This document shows, piece after piece, positions 1-7,852 of a stretch of DNA of 30,122 bases. The DNA is from a virus. Taxonomy: Duplodnaviria; Heunggongvirae; Uroviricota; Caudoviricetes. Each line of letters begins with the position of its first letter. The stretch's first letter is position 1. Location: the IMG/VR virus record IMGVR_UViG_2690316345_000022. One strand, given 5' to 3'. Position numbers and translations under genes: made by a program. The notes beneath the pieces are model-generated. The model saw only the letters and a list, made by a program, of their open reading frames with translations. It made no database searches and had not been told where the DNA came from.

Positions 1-276
1 ATGAGTATTCGTATTGAAATTGGCGAACGTTATGTCGTTACCAGTGACAGCTTCCAGTTTATTCTCCACGAGAAAAAGAGAGCGGAAAGCGGTAAAAACG
101 CCGGTCAGGAATGGCTGGCGGTGGTTGGTTATTACCCGAAATTAAGCCAGCTCGTTTCCGGCCTGATGCATCACGATATTCTGACCGGAAGCGCAAAGTC
201 TTTTGCTGATTTAAACGCGCAGGTTGAGCAACTCAGCAGGCGTTGTTCAGAGGCTTTTGGCTCATATGGCCGTTAA
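1..276 (+). CDS. Small early-operon hypothetical protein upstream of gene A (possibly 5'-truncated by window edge)
   Basis: ORF track 1..276, 91 aa; overlaps start of A as in P2 early operon (orf82/83-like position). Function unknown. Confidence 0.5.
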   Translation: MSIRIEIGERYVVTSDSFQFILHEKKRAESGKNAGQEWLAVVGYYPKLSQLVSGLMHHDILTGSAKSFADLNAQVEQLSRRCSEAFGSYGR

Positions 277-2551
277 AGCCTCCGGGCGTTTTGTCCCTCC
301 GTCAGCATTTGCTGCAGGCACCGGTAAGGCGTTTACCGGTGTTTATGCATGGAACGCGCCACGCGAGGCTGTCGGGCGCGAAAGACCCCTTACACGTGAC
401 GAGATGCGTCAGGTGCAAGGTGTTTTATCCACGATTAACCGCCTGCCTTACTTTTTGCGCTCGCTGTTTACTTCACGCTATGACTACATCCGTCGCAATA
501 AAAGCCCGGTGCACGGGTTTTATTTCCTCACATCCACTTTTCAGCGTCGTTTATGGCCGCGCATTGAGCGTGTGAATCAGCGCCATGAAATGAACACCGA
601 CGCGTCGTTACTGTTTCTGGCAGAGCGTGACCACTATGCGCGCCTGCCGGGAATGAATGACAAGGAGCTGAAAAAGTTTGCCGCCCGTATCTCATCGCAG
701 CTTTTCATGATGTATGAGGAACTCTGCGATGCATGGGTTGATGCGCATGGTGAAAAAGAATCGCTGTTTACGGATGAGGCGCAGGCTCACCTGTATGGTC
801 ATGTTGCTGGCGCTGCACGTGCTTTCAATATTTCCCCGCTCTACTGGAAAAAATACCGTAAAGGACAGATGACCACGAGGCAGGCATATTCTGCCATTGC
901 CCGCCTGTTTAACGATGAGTGGTGGACTCATCAGCTTAAAGGCCAGCGTATGCGCTGGCATGAGGCGTTACTGATTGCTGTCGGGGAGGTCAATAAAGAC
1001 CGTTCTCCTTATGCCAGTAAACATGCCATTCGTGATGTGCGTGCGCGCCGCCAGGCAAATCTGGAATTTCTTAAATCGTGTGACCTCGAAAACAGGGAAA
1101 CCGGCGAACGCATCGACCTTATCAGTAAGGTGATGGGCAGTATTTCTAATCCTGAAATTCGCCGGATGGAGCTGATGAACACCATTGCCGGTATTGAGCG
1201 TTACGCCGCCGCAGAGGGTGATGTGGGGATGTTTATCACGCTGACCGCGCCGTCAAAGTATCACCCGACACGTCAGGTCGGAAAAGGCGAAAGTAAAACC
1301 GTTCAGCTTAATCACGGCTGGAACGATGAGGCATTTAATCCAAAGGATGCGCAGCGTTATCTCTGCCGTATCTGGAGCCTGATGCGCACGGCATTCAAGG
1401 ATAATGATTTACAGGTCTACGGTTTGCGAGTCGTCGAGCCACACCACGACGGAACGCCGCACTGGCATATGATGCTTTTTTGTAATCCACGCCAGCGTAA
1501 CCAGATTATCGAAATCATGCGTCGCTACGCGCTCAAAGAGGATGGCGACGAAAGAGGAGCTGCGCGAAACCGTTTTCAGGCAAAACACCTTAACCGGGGT
1601 GGTGCTGCGGGGTATATCGCTAAATACATCTCAAAAAATATCGACGGCTATGCACTGGATGGTCAGCTCAATAACGATACCGGCAGGCCGCTTAAAGACA
1701 CTGCCGCGGCTGTTACCGCATGGGCGTCAACGTGGCGCATTCCGCAATTTAAAACGGTTGGACTGCCGACAATGGGGGCTTACCGTGAACTACGCAAATT
1801 GCCTCGCGGCGTCAGCATAGCTGATGAGTTTGACGAACGCGTCGAGGCTGCACGCGCTGCCGCAGACAGTGGCGATTTTGCGCTGTATATCAGCGCGCAG
1901 GGTGGGGCAAATGTCCCGCGCGATTGTCAGACTGTCAGGGTCGCCCGTAGCCCGTCGGATGACGTTAACGAGTACGAGGAAGAGGTCGAGAGAGTGGTCG
2001 GTATTTACGCGCCGCATCTCGGCGCGCGTCATATTCATATCACCAGAACCACGGACTGGCGCATTGTGCCGAAAGTGCCGGTCGTTGAGCCTTTGACTTT
2101 AAAAAGCGGCATCGCCGCGCCTCGGAGTCCTGTCAATAACTGTGGAAAGCTCACCGGTGGTGATACTTCGTTACCGGCTCCCACACCTTCTGAACACGCC
2201 GCAGCAGTGCTTAATCTGGTTGATGACGGTGTTATCGAATGGAATGACCCGGAGGTCGTGAGGGCGCTCAGGGGCGCATTAAAACACGACCTGAGAACAC
2301 CAAACCGTCAGCAAAGAAACGGAAGCCCGTTAAAACCACATGAAATTGCACCATCGGCCAGACTGACCCGGTCGGAACGAATGCAAATTACCCGTATCCG
2401 CGTTGACCTTGCTCAGAACGGTATCAGGCCGCAGCGATGGGAGCTTGAGGCGCTGGCGCGTGGCGCGACCGTAAATTACGACGGGAAAAAATTCACGTAT
2501 CCGGTCGCTGATGAGTGGCCGGGATTCTCAACAGTAATGGAGTGGACATGA
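266..2551 (+). CDS. A: Replication initiation protein gpA (rolling-circle nicking endonuclease)
   Basis: ORF 224..2551; internal ATG at 266 gives MAVKASGRFVPP..., 761 aa, the P2 gpA length; the longer TTG/ATG extension in the track is probably not used. Confidence 0.92.
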   Translation: MAVKASGRFVPPSAFAAGTGKAFTGVYAWNAPREAVGRERPLTRDEMRQVQGVLSTINRLPYFLRSLFTSRYDYIRRNKSPVHGFYFLTSTFQRRLWPRIERVNQRHEMNTDASLLFLAERDHYARLPGMNDKELKKFAARISSQLFMMYEELCDAWVDAHGEKESLFTDEAQAHLYGHVAGAARAFNISPLYWKKYRKGQMTTRQAYSAIARLFNDEWWTHQLKGQRMRWHEALLIAVGEVNKDRSPYASKHAIRDVRARRQANLEFLKSCDLENRETGERIDLISKVMGSISNPEIRRMELMNTIAGIERYAAAEGDVGMFITLTAPSKYHPTRQVGKGESKTVQLNHGWNDEAFNPKDAQRYLCRIWSLMRTAFKDNDLQVYGLRVVEPHHDGTPHWHMMLFCNPRQRNQIIEIMRRYALKEDGDERGAARNRFQAKHLNRGGAAGYIAKYISKNIDGYALDGQLNNDTGRPLKDTAAAVTAWASTWRIPQFKTVGLPTMGAYRELRKLPRGVSIADEFDERVEAARAAADSGDFALYISAQGGANVPRDCQTVRVARSPSDDVNEYEEEVERVVGIYAPHLGARHIHITRTTDWRIVPKVPVVEPLTLKSGIAAPRSPVNNCGKLTGGDTSLPAPTPSEHAAAVLNLVDDGVIEWNDPEVVRALRGALKHDLRTPNRQQRNGSPLKPHEIAPSARLTRSERMQITRIRVDLAQNGIRPQRWELEALARGATVNYDGKKFTYPVADEWPGFSTVMEWT

Positions 2552-3003
2552 TGGCAAAAATTCACGAGGTAAAGCTGCACGCAAAATATTTCGACCTTGT
2601 ACTGGAAGGAAAGAAACGCGCAGAGTTTCGGAAAAATGACCGTAATTATGAGCGTGGGGACACGTTGATTTTGCATGAATGGGGGCAGGGTGTGTATACG
2701 GGGCGAAAGGTTGAAGCCCGGATAACAGATGTTACTGACCTGTCAGACTGGCTGGAAGATTATGTCTTGCTAAGTATTGATCTGCTTAATACAGGCGCAT
2801 ATGAGATTGTGAACTGGAAAGAACTTAGTGAGCGTGGGCTGGTATTCAGAATTAATCATGAAATTATGCATCAGCTCGGCCTTGCTGTTATGTATGAACC
2901 AGAGACAGGGATGTCTGGCGGGGCAATGGTTGCCACGGATGGAGCATGGAACTATTCAGATGAACAGATGGAGCGTGCACAGCAAAACGGGTGGCTTGGA
3001 TAA
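2548..3003 (+). CDS. ASCH/PUA-like (DUF3850-like) domain protein
   Basis: ORF 2515..3003; likely start MMAKIHEVKLHAKYFDLVLEGKKRAEFRKNDRNYERGDTLILHEW, which resembles the ASCH/DUF3850 N-terminal signature; overlaps A stop (translational coupling). Confidence 0.6.
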   Translation: MMAKIHEVKLHAKYFDLVLEGKKRAEFRKNDRNYERGDTLILHEWGQGVYTGRKVEARITDVTDLSDWLEDYVLLSIDLLNTGAYEIVNWKELSERGLVFRINHEIMHQLGLAVMYEPETGMSGGAMVATDGAWNYSDEQMERAQQNGWLG

Positions 3004-3209
3004 TGCACAGAATACCAGGCGAGATACCGCAGCATAAAACTAAAAATATCAAGCTGATGGCTATTGTTCAGCGTTTACAGCGGATTATGGTCAACGAAAA
3101 TTTGACGCCCGATGAGCTGGTCGGGTGTGCCGAAATAGTCCGGGATAATTACGGGCGGTTTAACCATATCGGTAAGTCCAGAGTTACGCCACCACCACGC
3201 AGACGATAG
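2991..3209 (+). CDS. Hypothetical small protein
   Basis: ORF track only (72 aa); no recognisable motifs; overlaps end of preceding ORF by 13 nt. Confidence 0.3.
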   Translation: MAWIMHRIPGEIPQHKTKNIKLMAIVQRLQRIMVNENLTPDELVGCAEIVRDNYGRFNHIGKSRVTPPPRRR

Positions 3210-3259
3210 AGAACGCCGCCAGTCATGAAACTTGTTTTCAGGGCTGACGGCGTTGAACA

Positions 3260-3588
3260 ACGAGCGAAGCGAGGCGTTAGTTATGACTATGATGGATTTA
3301 TTATATAAAATACATATGGTTATGTTATTTGGGTTACTTCGGTACTTTGTAAATAATTTGGGTTAATGATGATAAGAATTAAGAATATTAGTAGCATGGT
3401 ATTGAGAGTATTATGTTGTGAACATAAAAGAGTGTATTTGCAGAAAAGCATCAGCTCACTTGGGGTAAAGTTATGCGTACATAAGGTGCAGGAGTTACAT
3501 TCGAAGCACATTCTTATCATTTGCTAAAACGCTCGAGATTTTTGGAAGATGCCGTTATACTCTATCGGAGGATAAATCGGAGACAAAA
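3260..3588. promoter_or_regulatory. Strongly AT-rich non-coding leader upstream of the methyltransferase gene; likely promoter region and left boundary of acquired cargo
   Basis: Abrupt drop in GC after 3210 (long A/T tracts such as ttatataaaatacatatggttatgttattt); GGAG-like RBS (tcggagg) about 25 nt upstream of the ATG at 3589. Confidence 0.35.
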
Positions 3589-4626
3589 ATGGCTGTAAAA
3601 GTTGTTGATCTTTTTTGTGGTGCTGGCGGTCTTACACATGGCCTAAGACAGGCCGGATTAAATGTAGTCGCTGGTATTGATATAGAGAGTGCATGCAGGG
3701 TTGCTTATGAAAGCAATAATAGTGCGCTTTTTATTGAAAAAGATATTTCTCTGGTAACCAAAGACGAGCTTGAAGGTCTATTTGAAGGGGCACAAGTTAA
3801 GGTATTGGCGGGATGTGCACCGTGCCAACCCTTTTCTAGGTATACGCAGGGGCGTGATAAGAAAAATGACAAAAAATGGCCTCTTCTTTACGAATTTGAA
3901 CGTTTAATTCGGGATGTTAATCCAGAGATTGTGACAATGGAAAATGTTCCTGATGTGACGAAGCATTCAGTTTACAGTGATTTCTATAATAGCTTAGAGT
4001 CATTAGGCTATTATGTTTGGGCAGGGACAGTTGAATGTGTAGATTATGGCATTCCACAAAATAGAGTAAGGCATGTATTATTAGCATCTAAATTTGCACC
4101 ACTTTCCTTTGTAAGACCAAAAGTACAAAAAACGGTAACGGTGAAAGAATGCATTGGTGGATTACCTCCATTAGAGGCAGGCCAGACGGATCCAGTTGAC
4201 CCTTTACATAAAGCAAGTAAATTAAGTGACATTAATCTTAAACGTATTGCTTGTTCAAAGCCTGGTGGAACGTGGCGAGATTGGCCGATAGAGTTGGTTG
4301 CGTCATGCCATATAAAGAAAAGTGGGCAAGGTTATGCCAGTGTCTATGGTCGTATGGACTGGGATAAACCAAGTCCTACCATCACCACGCTGTGTTATGG
4401 TTTTGGGAATGGCAGATTTGGCCACCCAGAGCAGAATCGTGCAATTTCTTTGAGAGAGGCAGCCCTGTTACAAACCTTTCCAAGTGATTACATTTTTACT
4501 GCACCTAATGAGAAGATCTCTGTGAAGAACGTTGGCAGGATGATCGGTAATGCCGTGCCGGTAAAATTAGGGAAGGTTATAGGTGAGTCAATTATAACCC
4601 ACCTAAAAGAGAATAATATAATTTAA
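3589..4626 (+). CDS. DNA (cytosine-5)-methyltransferase
   Basis: 345 aa with canonical C5-MTase motifs: I DLFCGAGG, IV GCAPCQPFS (catalytic Cys), VI ENVPDV, VIII QNRVR, X GNAVPVKLG. Target specificity unknown. Confidence 0.9.
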   Translation: MAVKVVDLFCGAGGLTHGLRQAGLNVVAGIDIESACRVAYESNNSALFIEKDISLVTKDELEGLFEGAQVKVLAGCAPCQPFSRYTQGRDKKNDKKWPLLYEFERLIRDVNPEIVTMENVPDVTKHSVYSDFYNSLESLGYYVWAGTVECVDYGIPQNRVRHVLLASKFAPLSFVRPKVQKTVTVKECIGGLPPLEAGQTDPVDPLHKASKLSDINLKRIACSKPGGTWRDWPIELVASCHIKKSGQGYASVYGRMDWDKPSPTITTLCYGFGNGRFGHPEQNRAISLREAALLQTFPSDYIFTAPNEKISVKNVGRMIGNAVPVKLGKVIGESIITHLKENNII

Positions 4627-5354
4627 GCCTGTAAACTTGATGATCGTATGTATAAGCGATCATCAAGATATTTTTGTATATTTTCTAGGATTTCTTCGAG
4701 GTAATAAAACACTTCATTTTTAAGAAGTTCAAGATTATCAATGGAAGTATCTTGGCCCTTGTTCAGAAAGGATTCTGAGCCATGCGCTAAAGCATTTCTG
4801 GCATTTTTTATATTTACTAAATTTCCACCATTATGAGTTTTTAAGCGATTTGTTTGAGAGGAAAATCCATATATATTAGCTACATCTCTAATTTTCTGTG
4901 CATCTACATTTCCAGAAAAAAGAGGGTTTTTATCTGCTTTGACTTGTTTTTTATGCTCCTCTAACCATTTTTTTAATACTAGTTTTGCAACATCGCCTTG
5001 TGAAAAATCCATGTCACTAACCATATGATGATCTAATTTTTTTAAGGCAAGTTTTGTTAAGCTTTCACATATCTTATCAATGCAAAGATCATTACATGAA
5101 TTGAGTTCGTCATGTATATCTTCAATAGCATTAGATATAGTGGCTTCTATTAGGTTATACAATATAATAAACGCATTTGCTTTAAGTATATGCGTCATTT
5201 CGATATCAATGTTACGAAGTTTGTACTCATCAGAATCACGATCTTTATAAGAGAATGATGGCCTCTCATCAATAATGAATTTAACAAAATCAAAATATTT
5301 TTCTATATCTTCTTTTCTTTCAGAGAATAATATTTTGCTGTTCATGGTGACCAC
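4623..5354 (-). CDS. HEPN-like domain protein (predicted nuclease), downstream partner of the DUF262 gene
   Basis: 243-aa ORF; predicted GTG start 6 nt after the DUF262 stop with GAGGAG RBS overlapping that stop; C-terminal ARNALAHG matches the HEPN Rx4-6H motif; very AT-rich. Confidence 0.6.
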   Translation of the reverse strand: MVTMNSKILFSERKEDIEKYFDFVKFIIDERPSFSYKDRDSDEYKLRNIDIEMTHILKANAFIILYNLIEATISNAIEDIHDELNSCNDLCIDKICESLTKLALKKLDHHMVSDMDFSQGDVAKLVLKKWLEEHKKQVKADKNPLFSGNVDAQKIRDVANIYGFSSQTNRLKTHNGGNLVNIKNARNALAHGSESFLNKGQDTSIDNLELLKNEVFYYLEEILENIQKYLDDRLYIRSSSLQA

Positions 5355-5360
5355 GGATAA

Positions 5361-6485
5361 TTACTCCTCACTGTCATCTTGAACAGTATCTTGAGTCTGT
5401 ACACCTAAAAGTTTATCTCTTACATATTCAATTCGTGCTTTAACTTTAGGTTTTGAGTTCGAGGCATCAGATCTAGTATGTTTAATGAACTCTACAGAGT
5501 TAAGCCATTCAGTTACTGGGGCTGGTGTTATGCTTGGATTAGTTTGTAAGGCTAAAGTTGAACCAACAGCCAGTGCTTCAAAACGTATTCTTGGTACAGT
5601 ATTTGCCGTTTCGTTTTTTCTGAAACCATAGGGGAAATTCTGTTTTACAAATCTGCACATATCTTGAAATTGTTTAGCTAATTTGTTTTCTTGTTCAGCG
5701 GAAAATGTATTATTTCTATTATCAAGATATTGAGTTAGGAATGTGTCAACACTTTTTTCAAAGTGGAGATAGTTATCACAATATGCGAAATATCTAAGAA
5801 CTAATTCAGGATATTCTCCTCGATTGATTCGAGCATCGTTTAGGGGACATATTTCTCTAAACAATGGAAGTTCAGACAGACTATTAATGAAATCCAGGAA
5901 AGGACCATCATTGCTGCCTTGTCGCTGCTCCATTGTTGTAAGTCTTATTCCGCCTGTATTTAATCTATCGAAAATCTCTCTCCTTGCTTCTTCATCACAT
6001 AATTCAGTGAGTTCAATCATTCTAATAGTTTTCCTGTCGAATCTAAGCTTACGCGCAGGTGTGAAGTCAGAGTATTTGAATCCGTTAGCTGAAGTTAGTT
6101 TTTTTAATCCAGTAAGAGTAAATTTATCATTTAGGAAATGATAAAGTGTTCTAATCCTCTGGCTGCCATCAACGATTTCCAATCGTCCATCGTCATTTCC
6201 GATATCGGCGACAAATACATATGGAATAGGAATGTTTAGTAAAAGCGATTCAATGAATCTTGATTTTTGTATATTGTTCCAAACAAACTCCCTTTGATAG
6301 TCAGGAATATATAGCTCAGCTTGATCGGTTTCTAATCCTTTCTGAAACTTGTCAACAATAACACTAACAGGAAATTCTCTGATTTGGTGATCGGTTATTT
6401 TTTGCATGGATTTGATCTGGCTATCCAGTTCAATTTTATCTTCTTCTGTGATCACTTGTTCAGGCTGTCTTGGGACTCTTGCCAT
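5361..6485 (-). CDS. DUF262 / ParB-like (GmrSD N-terminal-type) domain protein
   Basis: ORF 5361..6512; likely ATG at 6485 (MARVPRQPEQ...) preceded by AAGGAG RBS; contains IVDGSQRIRTL, a variant of the DGQQR motif of DUF262; no obvious DUF1524/HNH motif seen by eye. Confidence 0.75.
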   Translation of the reverse strand: MARVPRQPEQVITEEDKIELDSQIKSMQKITDHQIREFPVSVIVDKFQKGLETDQAELYIPDYQREFVWNNIQKSRFIESLLLNIPIPYVFVADIGNDDGRLEIVDGSQRIRTLYHFLNDKFTLTGLKKLTSANGFKYSDFTPARKLRFDRKTIRMIELTELCDEEARREIFDRLNTGGIRLTTMEQRQGSNDGPFLDFINSLSELPLFREICPLNDARINRGEYPELVLRYFAYCDNYLHFEKSVDTFLTQYLDNRNNTFSAEQENKLAKQFQDMCRFVKQNFPYGFRKNETANTVPRIRFEALAVGSTLALQTNPSITPAPVTEWLNSVEFIKHTRSDASNSKPKVKARIEYVRDKLLGVQTQDTVQDDSEE

Positions 6486-6628
6486 GTGGTTTCTCCTTAT
6501 GCTTATTTGCAATAAGTTGCATTAGTTTGCATGTGTAATTTTATACTGATTTAATCCCACAAACTCTTTACATGCAAGGGGTTGAAGCTTAAATGCAACT
6601 GCATTAAAACCGTCCCATGAAGCGGGCG

Positions 6629-6647
6629 GGCGAGGCGGGGAAAGCAC
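6629..6647. other. cos: cos site (19-nt cohesive-end sequence of P2-type phages)
   Basis: Exact string GGCGAGGCGGGGAAAGCAC, recalled as the P2 cohesive end, lies between the accessory cargo and the 3' end of Q, the expected position. Confidence 0.7.
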
Positions 6648-6789
6648 TGCGCGCTGGCGGTGGTGCTGATTTTATTTTTTCAGCGTCTGAGCGCGTCGTG
6701 ATGGCGTTTAGATTGTTCGCCGGGGGCGTTGGTGTGTATGCGGGCTGTTTTGCGCGGTGGTGAGCGTGTGAGGGCGTGATGACGGGGTG

Positions 6790-6813
6790 TAAAAAAGCCG
6801 CCCGCAGGCGGCG
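6790..6813 (-). terminator. Rho-independent terminator downstream of Q (minus strand)
   Basis: On the minus strand, directly after the Q stop: GCCGCC-TGCG-GGCGGC hairpin followed by TTTTTTA. Confidence 0.6.
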
Positions 6814-6817
6814 ATGT

Positions 6818-7852
6818 TCAGCCGTTGTCAGTGTCCAGTGAGTAGTTTTTAAAGCGGATGACCTCCTGACCGAGCCAGCCGTTTATTTCCCGAATCCTGT
6901 CCTGTAGCGGGATAAGCTCATTGCGGACAAAGACCTTTGCCACTTTCTCAATATCGCCCAGCGACCCGACGTTCTCCGGCTTGCCGCCCATCAACTGAAA
7001 GGGGATGCGGTGCGCGTCCAGCAGGTCAGCGGCGCTGGCTTTTTTGATATTAAAAAAATCGTCCTTCGTCGCCACTTCACTGAGGGGGATAATTTTAATG
7101 CCGTCGGCTTTCCCCTGCGGGGCATAGAGAAACAGATTTTTAAAGTTGTTGCGGCCTTTCGACTTCACCATGTTTTCGCGGAGCATTTCGATATCGTTGC
7201 GATCCTGCACGGCATCGGTGACGTACATGATGTATCCGGCATGTGCGCCGTTTTCGTAATACTTGCGGCGGAACAGCGTGGCCGACTCATTCAGCCAGGC
7301 AGAGTTAAGGGCGCTGAGATATTCCGGCAGGCCGTACAGCTCCTGATTAATATCCGGCTCCAGCAGGTGAAACACGGAGCCGGGCGCGAAAGGTGTCGGC
7401 TCATGGAAGGACGGCACCCACCAGTAAACATCCTCTTCCACGCCACGGCGGGTATATTTTGCCGGTGAGGTTTCCAGTCTGATGACCTTACCGGTGGTGC
7501 TGTAACGCTTTTCCAGAAACGCATTACCGAACACCAGAAAATCCAGCACAAAGCGGCTGAAATCCTGCTGAGAAAGCCACGGGTGTGGGATAAACGTTGA
7601 GGCCAGAATATTACGTTTGACGTAAATCGGTGAGCTGTGATGCACGGCAGCACGCAGGCTTTTTGCCAGACCGGTAAAGCTGACCGGTGGCTCATACCAT
7701 CTGCCGTTACTGATGCACTCGACGTAATCCAGAATGTCACGGCGGTCGAGTACCGGCACCGGCTCACCAAAGGTGAATGCCTCCATTTTCGGGGCGCTGG
7801 CGGTCATTTTTTTTGCCGCAGGTTGCGGTGTTTTCCCTTTTTTCTTGCTCAT
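6818..7852 (-). CDS. Q: Portal protein gpQ
   Basis: 344 aa, the P2 gpQ length; start overlaps P stop (ATGA). Confidence 0.93.
   Translation of the reverse strand: MSKKKGKTPQPAAKKMTASAPKMEAFTFGEPVPVLDRRDILDYVECISNGRWYEPPVSFTGLAKSLRAAVHHSSPIYVKRNILASTFIPHPWLSQQDFSRFVLDFLVFGNAFLEKRYSTTGKVIRLETSPAKYTRRGVEEDVYWWVPSFHEPTPFAPGSVFHLLEPDINQELYGLPEYLSALNSAWLNESATLFRRKYYENGAHAGYIMYVTDAVQDRNDIEMLRENMVKSKGRNNFKNLFLYAPQGKADGIKIIPLSEVATKDDFFNIKKASAADLLDAHRIPFQLMGGKPENVGSLGDIEKVAKVFVRNELIPLQDRIREINGWLGQEVIRFKNYSLDTDNG

Noticed and set aside
243-575. 110-aa plus-strand ORF overlapping the 5' part of gene A in another frame
   Set aside because: Alternative-frame ORF inside gpA; Cys/Arg-rich translation typical of out-of-frame reading.
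5824-6141. 105-aa plus-strand ORF inside the DUF262 gene
   Set aside because: Antisense to the better-supported minus-strand gene, which has an RBS and a recognisable motif.
3210-6600. Presence of P2 tin and old genes after gene A
   Set aside because: No ORF of the expected OLD size (about 586 aa, ATPase plus TOPRIM) or Tin is present; the slot holds the MTase/DUF262/HEPN genes instead.
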